Source of the DNA: an uncultured Acidobacteriota bacterium
GTDB lineage: Bacteria > Acidobacteriota > Thermoanaerobaculia > UBA5066
Assembly (NCBI GenBank): GCA_963779415.1
Contig: CAVZYA010000001.1
Span: forward strand, 1,632,001 to 1,696,000
DNA: 64,000 bases
Reading direction: 5' to 3'
In this document: positions 47,007-57,289 of the stretch, in pieces
Numbering within the stretch: the first letter of the stretch is position 1
How the letters are laid out: every line of letters begins with the position of its first letter
The notes under the pieces: generated by a model
Told to the model about the DNA's origin: nothing
What the model saw: only the letters and a program-made list of their open reading frames with translations
The model's database searches: none
Position numbers and translations under genes: made by a program

Positions 47007-50000
47007 CTATTGCTGGGGGCGGCCCACCATCACCATCGAGTCGCCGGTGACGTTGTCATTGATCGACGCGTACGCGCCGATCGTGCCGCCCGTGACCTGG
47101 ACCTCGATGGAGTACTTGTTTCCGGTCCCGAAGTTCGTGATCGCCGGGAAGAGGTTCTCGAGCGACCGCTGGACGAAGGGCTCGGCGGACGTGAGGGATA
47201 GGGTGGTCCCCAGGAGGGGAGGCCCGCCGGAGTTCTGGTAGAGACGCACCTGCGCGGTGCCGGTCGCCCCCGAAAGGAGGACGAGGGCCACGTTCGTCCG
47301 GAAGCCGCCGGCCCCGCCGTTCGGAACCGCGCGCGGGATGAGGAGGCGGCTCGCCGCGCCGGGCGCCGCCGAGGCCCCGTGGATGGCCGCGACGAACCCC
47401 GGTACCTGCGTTCCGAAGTTCCCGGTCGGCGTGGCGTTGTACGTCTCGGCGCGGACGAGGAGCGGATCGGTATCCAGATCCGCGGGCGCGATGTCGATCC
47501 ACGACGTCGTGTAGTCGGTGTCCTCGTGGACGACCACGTCGTTCTGGGTGAGCCACTCCTTCACGAAGTCCTCGAAGACGACCGTCTGCCCGGCGAGGAG
47601 GGTGATGTTTCCGGCAGACGTTCGACGCGGATCGCACGTGGAGGTTCCCTGGACGCACTTCAGGTACGAGAAGGAGAGCTGCACCGTGCGCGCTGCTGAC
47701 GACGGGTTGAACATCACGAATCGGCTCCGGAAGAGCGCCCCGAACTGCCCGTTCGCCCGGACGACGGCCGGGACGCGGTAGCTCGTAGCGATCGACCCGT
47801 CGTTCGTCATGAAGACGGAGTCGGACGAGCCGATGTCCTTGAGCGACGTGTAGGGGACGACCGTTCCGCCCCCCGCCACGCTCACCGTCATGAAGTAGTT
47901 GTCCTCGGGCTGGCCGACGATGTCCCACGCCGCTCCCGTCGGGACGGGGCTCGTGAGCGCCTTCGTGATCTGCCTCGTCTCGTTCGGCTTGAGCGTGAGG
48001 GTCACCTCCGAGCCGAGCTTCTGGAAGAGCGTCGCGAGGCTGGAGGAGTAGAAGTTGACCTTCAGGGTCGTCGAAACGTCGCCGGGGTTCACGAAGCCGA
48101 CGTTCGTGTAGGCCGGGGAGACGTTCGGATAGGAGACGAGCGGGCTCCGGCTGGAGAAGTCCGGAACGTCCCGCAGGCCCGGAAACTCCGTGAGAGCCCC
48201 GGACGAGGCGGACGAGATCGCCTCCGAAAGACGAACGGCCGGGATCGCGACCCCGTAGGTTCCCTTCGTCGGGTCGCCGCCGTTGTTGTTGTACGTGGAG
48301 GCCCAGATCACCGGCGTGGCGCTGTCCGGGATGACGTCGCCCCTGACGATGAGCGCCGTGGCGGGTCCTCCCTGGGCCTTTGCGAACTGGCTCTGGAGGA
48401 TGTTCGTGTAGCTGCGGCTCTCCATCGGCGAGAGCGTGATCGACCTCGTGACGGAGGCCGGGAACGCTCCGTCGGCGAGCGAAAGCGAGAGGCTCATCGG
48501 CTGCGTCGTGCTCGGGTTCTGGATCACGACGTCCGAGACGTAGAACGAGTTCGGCAGGACTCCGGAGGCGTACGCCAGCCCCGGAACGATCCACTTCGGC
48601 GTATAGCTGGCGACGAACGTCGTCGGGAGCGGGGTCGTGAACGTGCTGGCGCCGAGGGTTTCCGTCAGGACGACCGTGTAGCTCCCCGGGGCCGCGTAGG
48701 AGTGCGCGACGTTCGGTCCGGAGCCGGCCGGCGTCCCGTCACCGAAGTTCCACGAGTAGGTTGCGGCGAACTGCTTGTCCAGCGGGACCTGAAAGAGGAT
48801 CACCCGGCCCGGGTCGACGTGGTTCGGGTCGAGGGGACCGCCGTCATACGAGAAGAAGGAATACTCGCCCGTCGGGACCCCCGCCACGGGGAAGACGGCG
48901 TGCGAAACGCTCTGGCTCCCGAATGTCAGCGTGACGACGCGGGGATCCAACGTCGAATAAACATGAGACGTCGGATTCACGGTGTCCGAGCTTCCGTCTC
49001 CGAAGTTCCAGGAGAGGGCCCCGGAGAGCGGCGTCGTCGTCCCCTGCACGACGCCCGTGAAGGTCGTCGACCGCCCCACGACGACGAGGAAGCTCCCGTC
49101 GGTTCCGGGCGCGATGCTCGGGCGTGTCGCGTCGGAGAGGATGAATTCGGGCACCTGCATCGTGCCGCTGATCAGGATGCCGAGGCTGATCGAAAGCGTC
49201 GTGTTCGTGACGGTGGCCGTCCCGGGAGCGAGCGGCGTGAAGGTGAACGCACTCCCGGTTCCGGACGAGGGGCTTGCATTCACGCCGGTCACGGTCCAGT
49301 TGTAGCTTCCCGACTGCTGCACGGAGCCCTGGAAGATGCCGACGGTGATCGCGGTTCCGGTCGTTCCGGTATAGGGCGTCGAGCAGCCGCCGAAGGTGCA
49401 GGGCGACGCCCCCGATGTCGGTGCCATCACGTTCGTCGGCCCTGCGGGGGCCTGAACGTTGATCGTCCTGTTCCCTGTTCCCGAGGCCCCCAGGGAGTCG
49501 GTCACCGTGCAATGGACGTAATAGACCCCCACCGTGCCGTACGTCTTGTTGATGCTGGCGTAGGGAAGGCTCACCGGCGAGCCTCCGTCCCCGGTGTCCC
49601 AGAGGTACGCGGTGTAGCTCCCCGACCCGCCCGTGGCGGCCGCCGTGATCGTGATCGGGGTCCCGGCGGTCGGGCTGTAGCTCGTCGCCGAGAGCGTGAC
49701 GTTCACGGTCCCGCCGCCCCCGCCGCCGCCGCCTCCGACGAGCATGACGAGCGGGCTAGGCAGCGGCGTGATGCCGCTGGTGACGTTGACGTTGATCGTC
49801 CCCGCTGCCGTGGGGGTGAAGGTGAAGGTGGTCCCCGCACCCGAGGCGGAGGAGGCCCCGGTCACCGACCACGAATAGCTCCCCGTCTGCTGTGTCGAGC
49901 CCTGGAAGAGGGCGACGGTCAGAGGAGTCCCCACGGTTCCCGAATACGGCGACGGGCAGCCGCCAAACGTGCACGACTGATACCCGGCAGTCGGAACGAT

Positions 50001-52454
50001 CGACGGAGGGCTGGTTGACACGGTGACCGGCCACGCCGTCGGATCGCCCACGCCGGAGACGTTCGGCTGCCACTGGACGGTCTTGACAGTGCCGTTCGTG
50101 TACTGCACCTTCACCCGGAGCCAGTACGTCCCCGCCGTGGAAGGAGAGGGAATGGTAGTGGAGCCGCCGGAGAACGAGAGCGGAAGGTAGCTCCCCTCCG
50201 TACACGAACCGGCCGAGGCATCGCAGAGGTTGTAGGAGTAGCTGATGTTCGTGCTGCTCCCCGGCTGCGACTGGTTCGTGATGTTGATGGTCCCGCCGAC
50301 ATAGGCGGTCCCGGCGGCAGTGAACGAGGCGACGAAGTCGGTGACGTTTACGACGAAGGAGCCAGCCTTCGGGAGGGTGCAGGGGCTTCCGCAGTCCGGG
50401 GAGGTGTACCCGCCTGCGTACGAGGCGGTGAGCCAGGCGTTGTAGCTTCCATTGGCTGAGAACGGGTGAATACAGGAGGCGCCGGTGCAGCTGCTATCCA
50501 GCGTCAGCGTATCGGACGAGGGCGCCGCGGGGTTCGTCCCGAAATACCACTTGTATACGCCGGAGGTCGGGTGGCCGTCCGAGCCGTCGGTGAAGGTTGC
50601 CGAGCCACCGTTCAGAAGCGCCGAAAGGTTCTGAACCTTGACGGCAGGGACCTTCCAGACGATGTTGAACTGCGCGAGGGGGACTGTCGTCGTGTTGAGA
50701 GCGTTTTCGGCCTCAAAGGCGATCGGGAGCGTGGCGGTCGTCCCTGCCGCCGGTTGCGCAGAGGTGAAGTCACCATTACCGCCGCCGGAGGTGGGTCCCA
50801 CGGATGTCCAGCATCCGGCGCCCGTAGCCGGGTTCCCGCTTTTTCGCGGGTCGCACGGACCAACGAGGGGGAAGGTGGGCGGGTCAGGGTTGCCCGGAAA
50901 AGGATTCGCGCAGCCACTAAGGCAGGCGTCGGGATCTGCGAGCTGCATGAGACCGATCGACCCCGTCTCCGTGGAGGAGTGGTAGTCGAGGTCGAGGTCC
51001 CATCCCGTGACTGCCTGGACCGCGCTCGACGGGGTGACGGAGGGAGCGACGGAGAGCGTATCGCCGACGAAGACGGTCGCGCCGCTCGAGAGCGACGCCC
51101 CGCCGGCGGAGGTGTTCGTGACGGCGAGATGCCCGGTCGCGGGGGTCGGCCCCGCCTGACAGGTGAACTGCGCCGCGAAGGCGTTCACCCCGTCGACGAA
51201 GTACCCGTAGAGATTCGTCTGGCTCGAACGGAGCGACGCCATCTGCGAAATGCTCTTCAGGCTGTTGCCGCCGGAGGTGCTGACGTCCGCGTGGGTGCCG
51301 ATCGCCGTGCCGAATACCTTTGCCGACGTCGCGTCGAGGCGAAGCGTCAGCGTCGTCGGGTTGTAGAACCACATGAAGACGTCGACGTCGCCGCTGTACG
51401 GATTCACCGCGAGCCAGCCCGGCGAGGCTCCGGCGTACTGGCTGAAGGACGAATCGGACGTCGTGTACGGCGGGAAGGTCTGGACGACCGTCTGGGTCGG
51501 CGGGTTGTAGAGGATCAGGGCGAACGAAGGGTTCCCCGTTGAACTCCGGAAAGCGCCGAGAAGGTAGAGCTTGCCCGTCGCCTGGTCCACCGCGCCCGAG
51601 ACCGCGATCAGGACCTGCCCCGCGTTCTGGAAGGCGCTCGCGGGAACCGTCGAGACATGCAGCGTCGAACCGATGCTGCCGGCGGGGCCGGGAGTCGAGG
51701 CGTCGATGACGACGACGTTCTGGCCGTCCTTGGCGTAGAGGTACTGGAAGTTTCCGTACTCCGCGTAGCTCAGCCCCAGCGCGGAGGAGCTGAAGTAGGA
51801 AAGCGTTTCGTGCGAAATGTTTCCGACGGTGTATCCGGGGGTGTTCGTGACGTCCGCCGCGTAGAGATGCCCGAAGCCGTCCAGCTCGTACGCGATGTAA
51901 CGCGAGCCGTTCTTCTGGACCACGAGCCCGTTCGTCGACTCCGGAGTGGAGATCGATCCCATCGCCTGGAAGCCCGACCCGTTCGGGGTCTCGACGACGG
52001 TGCCGGATCCTCCTCCACCGCCCGCTCCGGGAAGATGAAGGGAAAGGAGGGCGCGCTGGCCGTCGGCCGCGACGCCGTATCCCCCGACGTAGTTCTGCCC
52101 GTCTCCGGACACCGTGCCCGGCCCCGTGGGGTCGAACCGGAGATCGTCGAGGACGAGCTGGCTCGGAGTCGCCGTGCCCGCCGTCCCGAGGTCGTAGACG
52201 TTGTATCCCCAGGTCATCGGCACCATCAACCGGTTGTTGCTGCCGCTCTTGTAGAGGCCGACCCACCTCCCCAGAAGCGCCTGGCGGAGCACGGTGCTGC
52301 AGCCGCTGCAGGTGACGATGTTCGGCCCGGAGACGAGCTGGCATTGAGCCGAGGCCGGAGGGGCACTCGCTGCCGCCACCGCGAAAACAGCGAAGAGGAC
52401 GAGAAGAGCCCGACCGATACGGCTGACGCCCACGCGAAGATTCGATCCTGTCAT
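47007..52454 (-). CDS. Large secreted PKD/Ig-like repeat surface protein (~1815 aa)
   Basis: Signal peptide; PKD motifs SWNFGDG, YLWDTGDG, WYFG; Ser/Thr/Gly-rich; C-terminal repeated beta modules. Confidence 0.85.
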   Translation of the reverse strand: MTGSNLRVGVSRIGRALLVLFAVFAVAAASAPPASAQCQLVSGPNIVTCSGCSTVLRQALLGRWVGLYKSGSNNRLMVPMTWGYNVYDLGTAGTATPSQLVLDDLRFDPTGPGTVSGDGQNYVGGYGVAADGQRALLSLHLPGAGGGGGSGTVVETPNGSGFQAMGSISTPESTNGLVVQKNGSRYIAYELDGFGHLYAADVTNTPGYTVGNISHETLSYFSSSALGLSYAEYGNFQYLYAKDGQNVVVIDASTPGPAGSIGSTLHVSTVPASAFQNAGQVLIAVSGAVDQATGKLYLLGAFRSSTGNPSFALILYNPPTQTVVQTFPPYTTSDSSFSQYAGASPGWLAVNPYSGDVDVFMWFYNPTTLTLRLDATSAKVFGTAIGTHADVSTSGGNSLKSISQMASLRSSQTNLYGYFVDGVNAFAAQFTCQAGPTPATGHLAVTNTSAGGASLSSGATVFVGDTLSVAPSVTPSSAVQAVTGWDLDLDYHSSTETGSIGLMQLADPDACLSGCANPFPGNPDPPTFPLVGPCDPRKSGNPATGAGCWTSVGPTSGGGNGDFTSAQPAAGTTATLPIAFEAENALNTTTVPLAQFNIVWKVPAVKVQNLSALLNGGSATFTDGSDGHPTSGVYKWYFGTNPAAPSSDTLTLDSSCTGASCIHPFSANGSYNAWLTASYAGGYTSPDCGSPCTLPKAGSFVVNVTDFVASFTAAGTAYVGGTINITNQSQPGSSTNISYSYNLCDASAGSCTEGSYLPLSFSGGSTTIPSPSTAGTYWLRVKVQYTNGTVKTVQWQPNVSGVGDPTAWPVTVSTSPPSIVPTAGYQSCTFGGCPSPYSGTVGTPLTVALFQGSTQQTGSYSWSVTGASSASGAGTTFTFTPTAAGTINVNVTSGITPLPSPLVMLVGGGGGGGGGTVNVTLSATSYSPTAGTPITITAAATGGSGSYTAYLWDTGDGGSPVSLPYASINKTYGTVGVYYVHCTVTDSLGASGTGNRTINVQAPAGPTNVMAPTSGASPCTFGGCSTPYTGTTGTAITVGIFQGSVQQSGSYNWTVTGVNASPSSGTGSAFTFTPLAPGTATVTNTTLSISLGILISGTMQVPEFILSDATRPSIAPGTDGSFLVVVGRSTTFTGVVQGTTTPLSGALSWNFGDGSSDTVNPTSHVYSTLDPRVVTLTFGSQSVSHAVFPVAGVPTGEYSFFSYDGGPLDPNHVDPGRVILFQVPLDKQFAATYSWNFGDGTPAGSGPNVAHSYAAPGSYTVVLTETLGASTFTTPLPTTFVASYTPKWIVPGLAYASGVLPNSFYVSDVVIQNPSTTQPMSLSLSLADGAFPASVTRSITLSPMESRSYTNILQSQFAKAQGGPATALIVRGDVIPDSATPVIWASTYNNNGGDPTKGTYGVAIPAVRLSEAISSASSGALTEFPGLRDVPDFSSRSPLVSYPNVSPAYTNVGFVNPGDVSTTLKVNFYSSSLATLFQKLGSEVTLTLKPNETRQITKALTSPVPTGAAWDIVGQPEDNYFMTVSVAGGGTVVPYTSLKDIGSSDSVFMTNDGSIATSYRVPAVVRANGQFGALFRSRFVMFNPSSAARTVQLSFSYLKCVQGTSTCDPRRTSAGNITLLAGQTVVFEDFVKEWLTQNDVVVHEDTDYTTSWIDIAPADLDTDPLLVRAETYNATPTGNFGTQVPGFVAAIHGASAAPGAASRLLIPRAVPNGGAGGFRTNVALVLLSGATGTAQVRLYQNSGGPPLLGTTLSLTSAEPFVQRSLENLFPAITNFGTGNKYSIEVQVTGGTIGAYASINDNVTGDSMVMVGRPQQ

Positions 52455-52656
52455 CTGGTTTCCCCCTGATTCCCTCGAATGGAGCCCGCCCGAGGGCGAG
52501 CGATCAGAAATGGAACCTTCAAAGCGTACCGGGACTTCCCGGAGAACGCAAACGGCGGCTCCCGGGACCGCACGCGTGCCACAGGTCCTGTTCGACTCCA
52601 TTCGACCGTAGTGGCGATTTCGCCGGCGATCTTTCGCCCGTAAGTCCCATCCCGAC

Positions 52657-52693
52657 AAAGAAAAAAGGCGGGCGGCCCTGAGACCGCCCGCCC
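52657..52693 (-). terminator. Rho-independent terminator after the S-layer-like gene
   Basis: Minus strand gggcgggcggtc-tcag-ggccgcccgcc followed by ttttttcttt. Confidence 0.85.
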
Positions 52694-52718
52694 GTGGGGA
52701 TGAGAGTTGAAACCCTGG

Positions 52719-54398
52719 TTACTTCGTTGTGGGGCGGACCGCCTTGAGTGCCTGCGTGCCGGCATCGAAGGAGATCGGCGGGTTGCAGTTGAAGTCGCCG
52801 TTGAGGTCCGTGCCCGAGAGGCCGACGCTCAGGAGCGAGCCCGGTCCGGAGTGCTGGACGCCGACCCAGGCCTGGTTGTAGTTGCTGCTGTAGCCGCTGC
52901 CGGCTCCGCCGTTGCGGAAGTAGAAGTCCATCCAGCCCGAGTACCAGCTGTTCGGGGAGAGCGAGCTGTTGCCCCATCCCGGGATGATCTCGAGGTTCCC
53001 GGTGCCGGTCGCAGCGATCCAGAGGGCGATGCGCTGCGTCTCGAGGAAGACGTAGTTGTAGTAGTTCGGCGGCTGATAGCCGGACGGTCCGCCGGACTGC
53101 GGCGAGCTGTAAGAGTCCTCGTCCTCGTCCCACGACGTCCAGTTGAGCTGGTGGTTCGCATCGTAGAAGCCGTCGCCCGCGGCGCCCGCTTCCGTCTTCA
53201 GCCAGTAGCAGAGGTCGACGCCGGAGTTCGCATAGACGTCGCCACGCCAGACCATGATCCAGGAGCGGGTCTGGTCCGTCGGGCTGGCCAGGAAGCGCCA
53301 GCCCCAGTGGTCGCCGAGAGGCTCGCGGCCGTCGCCGCCGAAGACGAAGTCAACCGGGACAGCCGGGTTGCCGGCCGAGACGCCGCCCGTCCGCTCGGCG
53401 GGAGCGCCGGTGCCACCGGAGATCGCGGCCACGAAGCGCCCGAAGAAGGTCCCCGGAGCGCCGGTGTAGCCGTCAAACAGCGGGTCGGTCCAGTTGAGAC
53501 GCGTGTCGAACTCGAGGGCAACGGCCGGATCGCCGCTGATGTTGCCCGCGCTTCCGGCGGTGTTGTCGACGTAGAAGACGTCGCCCATCAGGACGTTCGG
53601 CGTGTAGCCATAGCTGGACCAGCCCGACGTCGCGATCGCGTCGTACTGGTAGAACTCCTGCTGATAGGGGAACCAGTTGGTGCAGTAGTTGACGACGTCG
53701 ATCGTCAGGTAGCCCGAGAACTCGCCCGAGCCGGAATAGGTCTGCCCCGCAGACCCCTTTCCGCAGGCCGGGTTGTCGGAGTCGAGGATGAACGCGCCGC
53801 TGGAGGCCTGGAACTCCGTGATGTCGCCCGACTCGTCAAGGGACTGCATGACGGTCGTGCGGAAGAGCGAGAACGCGTCACCCGAGGAGTACTTGGAGAC
53901 CGCGTACGGCCAGTCATTCTGCGTGCCCGTGTTCGAAAGCGGGTGAGCGAAGCGGATGTAGTCGGTCTGGCCCCAGCCGATCCAGGGCGATGCGTCGTAC
54001 GTCGTCGGCGATCCGAGCTTGACGCCGCAGACGTCCTTGACCGGGAGGACCTGCGTGAACGGGTTCACGTTCAGGTTGCCGTTGAGGACGCCGCTCATGT
54101 TGAACGTCACGACGTCCTTGCCGGTCATCGGGACGTTGAAGTCGAGGACGGCCCGCGAGTACTTGTTCCAGACCGTGACGTGGGCGATGATGCCCGGATA
54201 CGACACGTTCACGAACGCGATCTTGGTGTCGGTACCGACGCTCGTGATGATGCCGGCCGAGTTGACGGTGCCGCCGACCCGGAAGTACGGAACGAGCAGC
54301 GTGGCGCCCGGCACGTTGTCATACGCGCAGGTCACCGCGAAGCCCGTGCCCGCGACCGCCAGAAGGGCGAGCGCAACGAGGACGGAAAGCTTCTTCAT
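52719..54398 (-). CDS. Abundant secreted protein, putative S-layer/major surface protein (559 aa)
   Basis: Signal peptide MKKLSVLVALALLAVAGTGFA; strong SD AGGAG; dedicated promoter and terminator; rich in G/S/T/N/D and aromatics; no enzyme motif. Confidence 0.7.
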   Translation of the reverse strand: MKKLSVLVALALLAVAGTGFAVTCAYDNVPGATLLVPYFRVGGTVNSAGIITSVGTDTKIAFVNVSYPGIIAHVTVWNKYSRAVLDFNVPMTGKDVVTFNMSGVLNGNLNVNPFTQVLPVKDVCGVKLGSPTTYDASPWIGWGQTDYIRFAHPLSNTGTQNDWPYAVSKYSSGDAFSLFRTTVMQSLDESGDITEFQASSGAFILDSDNPACGKGSAGQTYSGSGEFSGYLTIDVVNYCTNWFPYQQEFYQYDAIATSGWSSYGYTPNVLMGDVFYVDNTAGSAGNISGDPAVALEFDTRLNWTDPLFDGYTGAPGTFFGRFVAAISGGTGAPAERTGGVSAGNPAVPVDFVFGGDGREPLGDHWGWRFLASPTDQTRSWIMVWRGDVYANSGVDLCYWLKTEAGAAGDGFYDANHQLNWTSWDEDEDSYSSPQSGGPSGYQPPNYYNYVFLETQRIALWIAATGTGNLEIIPGWGNSSLSPNSWYSGWMDFYFRNGGAGSGYSSNYNQAWVGVQHSGPGSLLSVGLSGTDLNGDFNCNPPISFDAGTQALKAVRPTTK

Positions 54399-54571
54399 GT
54401 TTTCTCCTACCAGTTTGTTGATAATTGAAGTGAAGCCCGTTGACAGGTCGTCGTTCGCCCGAACGCGATAGGAAATCACCTCCGGTACTTTATTTAAAAG
54501 CGGACCTGGAGCCGCCTTACTCATCGCAACTATCCTCTTGGAAAGGAAGATTTCCGGCATCACTGGCGGAT

Positions 54572-54600
54572 ACGTTAGGGGCGAAATTCGGGAAAGTCAA
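54572..54600 (-). promoter_or_regulatory. Sigma-70 promoter of the S-layer-like gene
   Basis: TTGACT-N17-TAACGT; implies a ~165-nt 5' UTR. Confidence 0.65.
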
Positions 54601-54636
54601 GGGGTTCTCCGAAAATTATGCTTTCTGCCCATATGA

Positions 54637-56382
54637 TCACTTGGAGGGCAGATTCCGGAAGAACCGGAACCCCCCTTCCTTCGTCTCGCTGACCGTCATG
54701 TACTGCAGCATCAATACGATATCGGGTCTGCCATCGCCATCCACGTCGGCAATCCGGATGGCCGTGGGGAAGTTCACGAAGGAAGGCTCGAGAGCCGGGT
54801 CCAGCTCTTCGAACTCTCCGGCTGGAGTCTGGAAAAAGACGCGCACCTTGTTCGTCACCCGGTCGGCCACGACGATGTCGTCGAGCCCGTCCCCGTCGAG
54901 ATCCGCCACCGCGATTCCGGGTGAAATGCCCCGATTGCTCCCGAGACGCTTCAGGACGCGGTGGCGCTTCCACTCTTTCCCGTCGCGGTAGTAAATGGAG
55001 AGCCCGTCGCCTGTCGGGTCGGGCAGTCCCCCCGCGGGCCGGTTCTTGAAGTACGAGGTGAAGGCGGCCGGGTGCCCGTGGTACGTCCCTACGGCGGCCC
55101 CCATTCCGACCGAGAAGAGTTCGACGACCCCGCCGCTGACATTCCTGAACGACATCGCGCCGCGGTCGAACTCGTAGAGGAGGTTCACGCCCATCGAGTA
55201 GTTGCAGCTCGTGGCGAAAAAGGGAGCGCCCTTGTCCGCCGGACGGGTTTCGAGGCCGATCGAGTAGCCGTAGCACGGCTTGTCCTCGAGGCCCGCGACC
55301 AGCTCGACGAAGCGGTCGCCCTTGTTGATGTAGGCGCGGACGTCGTATCCCTCGATGTAGCCGCTCGGCCGGGCGCGAGGCTTGTCGACCGCGGCCGCCT
55401 CGGGCATGTCGGAAAGGACGAGGACGTCCGGCTTGCCGTCCCCGTCGAGATCGCCGACGGCGAGCGCGCGGGTAGAGATCTCCCCCGAGAGCCCGTTGCG
55501 GGAGAGCCGGAACTTCATGTCACCGAGATTCCGCCCCGCCCAGACGCCTCCCCCGTGCCCTCCCCAGACGATGTCGGTGCGGCCGTCGCCGTCGAGGTCC
55601 CCGGTCGCGATCGCCCCGTAACCGATATGGAGGGATTCCGGGTTTTCGAGCTGGGGGGTCACCGACCTCCAGCGTTCGCCGTCCCACTTGAAGATCCGGA
55701 GGCCCTCTCCGGAGAGCCGCGGCGGCGGGGAGATGATCTCCGGCCGACCGTCGCCGTCGATGTCTGCGAGAGCGAAGTTCTCGCGCCAGATCCCCCCCTT
55801 GGGGAGGCCCGCGGAATGGCTCTCGAGAAGGATCTTCTTCTTCGAGATCTTCGGCGTGACGATCTCGGCCTCCTCCTTCGGCAGCTCGAGGATCTGCGGA
55901 AGCGCGGCGTCCGCCGCTTCCTTCTCGGCACGCTTCTTCGCGATCTCTTCGGGCGTCGGCGGCGTTGGAGCCGCGACGTAGAAGTTCTCCGCATCCTGCC
56001 GGACGATCGGAACCCCGGTCTGGGTCGGAACGTTGGCGCTGAAGAGGCTCCCGTCCCGCTCCACGAGAGTCGGATCCTTCGGGACCCTCAACAGCCTCTG
56101 CCCCGTGGAGGGGTCCGTGATGGTCTCGATCTTCTTCACCGGCTTTACGCCCTCCTCCTCGTCGTCGTCGGGAGGGGCCGGGGCCTGCGGTTTCTTCGAT
56201 CCGAGAACTGAGTCGGAGAACGCCCGTTGCGCGCTGCCGGCCGGCGCCGGGGCCGGCGTCGGAGTCGGGACGGCCGCCGGGGTGGGCTTCGGCGCGCTCG
56301 CCTGCGGCGGTGGCGCCTGCGAGCAGGAAGCCACGAGAAGGACGCAGAGAGCGACGGAGAGAAGCCGGGGAACGTTGCTCAC
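54637..56382 (-). CDS. FG-GAP/VCBS repeat lipoprotein
   Basis: Lipobox LVASC, Pro-rich linker, repeated DxDGDGxxD motifs. Confidence 0.82.
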   Translation of the reverse strand: MSNVPRLLSVALCVLLVASCSQAPPPQASAPKPTPAAVPTPTPAPAPAGSAQRAFSDSVLGSKKPQAPAPPDDDEEEGVKPVKKIETITDPSTGQRLLRVPKDPTLVERDGSLFSANVPTQTGVPIVRQDAENFYVAAPTPPTPEEIAKKRAEKEAADAALPQILELPKEEAEIVTPKISKKKILLESHSAGLPKGGIWRENFALADIDGDGRPEIISPPPRLSGEGLRIFKWDGERWRSVTPQLENPESLHIGYGAIATGDLDGDGRTDIVWGGHGGGVWAGRNLGDMKFRLSRNGLSGEISTRALAVGDLDGDGKPDVLVLSDMPEAAAVDKPRARPSGYIEGYDVRAYINKGDRFVELVAGLEDKPCYGYSIGLETRPADKGAPFFATSCNYSMGVNLLYEFDRGAMSFRNVSGGVVELFSVGMGAAVGTYHGHPAAFTSYFKNRPAGGLPDPTGDGLSIYYRDGKEWKRHRVLKRLGSNRGISPGIAVADLDGDGLDDIVVADRVTNKVRVFFQTPAGEFEELDPALEPSFVNFPTAIRIADVDGDGRPDIVLMLQYMTVSETKEGGFRFFRNLPSK

Positions 56383-56449
56383 GAGGACTCCTTGTCGGCG
56401 CATCGATCCCGCGGGCCTTCGGCCGCGCGGGAGAAGAGAACGCCGGATT

Positions 56450-57217
56450 CTAGAGCAGGTCGGAAAAGAGGGGCCGGCTCCGCCGGAAGAGCCGGTGGCA
56501 GGCCGCCGCAAGGAGGAGGAACGCAACGGACCAGCCGAGCAGCCGCCACACCGGCGGGAGCGGTCCGCCGAAGAGGGAGGCCCGGAAGAGGGCGACGAGG
56601 TCCGCGATGGGGTTCAGGGCGAGAACCGGCGCGGCGAAGGAGGGGAGGAGCGAAGCCGGATAGAGGATCGGCGACAGGTAGAGGACGACCGTCAGGATCG
56701 GCGAGATCATCTGAGCCAGGTCGCGGAAGAAGACATCGAGCGTCGCGAGCAGAAGGCAGGGCCCCGCGAGGAGGACGACCTCGAACGCGAGGGCGAGGGC
56801 GAAGACGGCCGGCCGGATCTCGCCATGCCCGAGGACGAGGACGGCCACCCCGAGAATGCCGATCCCGATGAGCTCGAGGACGAGAGCCGCGGCGACGCTC
56901 GACGCCACGAGGAGCTCCACCGGGAACTGGAGCTTCTTGACGAGATGACCCTGCTCCGCGATCGAGGTCGTCGACCGGGAGACCGCTTCCTGGAATCCGA
57001 GCCACGGAAGCAGGCCCGCGAGAAGGAACTCGGCGTACGACCCTCCGAAACCGGACGGCGCATGGGTCTTGAGGACGGCAACGAAGAGGAACGTGTAGAG
57101 GCCGCAGAGGATCAGCGGGTTCAGAAGGGCCCAGAGCGGCCCCCCGAAGCTCCCTGCGTACCGCGTCGAGAGGTCCCGCCGCAGCAGCTCCGAAAAAAGG
57201 AAGAGGACTCGTCTCAC
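56450..57217 (-). CDS. wzm: Polysaccharide ABC transporter permease
   Basis: RRDLSTRYAGSFGGPLWALLNP, LVKKLQFP, FFRDL, YLSPILYP, LNP. Confidence 0.9.
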   Translation of the reverse strand: MRRVLFLFSELLRRDLSTRYAGSFGGPLWALLNPLILCGLYTFLFVAVLKTHAPSGFGGSYAEFLLAGLLPWLGFQEAVSRSTTSIAEQGHLVKKLQFPVELLVASSVAAALVLELIGIGILGVAVLVLGHGEIRPAVFALALAFEVVLLAGPCLLLATLDVFFRDLAQMISPILTVVLYLSPILYPASLLPSFAAPVLALNPIADLVALFRASLFGGPLPPVWRLLGWSVAFLLLAAACHRLFRRSRPLFSDLL

Positions 57218-57289
57218 GCTCAAGGGGCGTCTCCCCCGGAGAGGCCGCCTCGTGAGAGAATAGCGTGTCCTTCGGGAGGCGAACCGCCC

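Noticed and set aside
52565-52582. TGGCACG upstream of the PKD gene as a sigma-54 promoter
   Set aside because: Perfect -24 element but no GC at the -12 position
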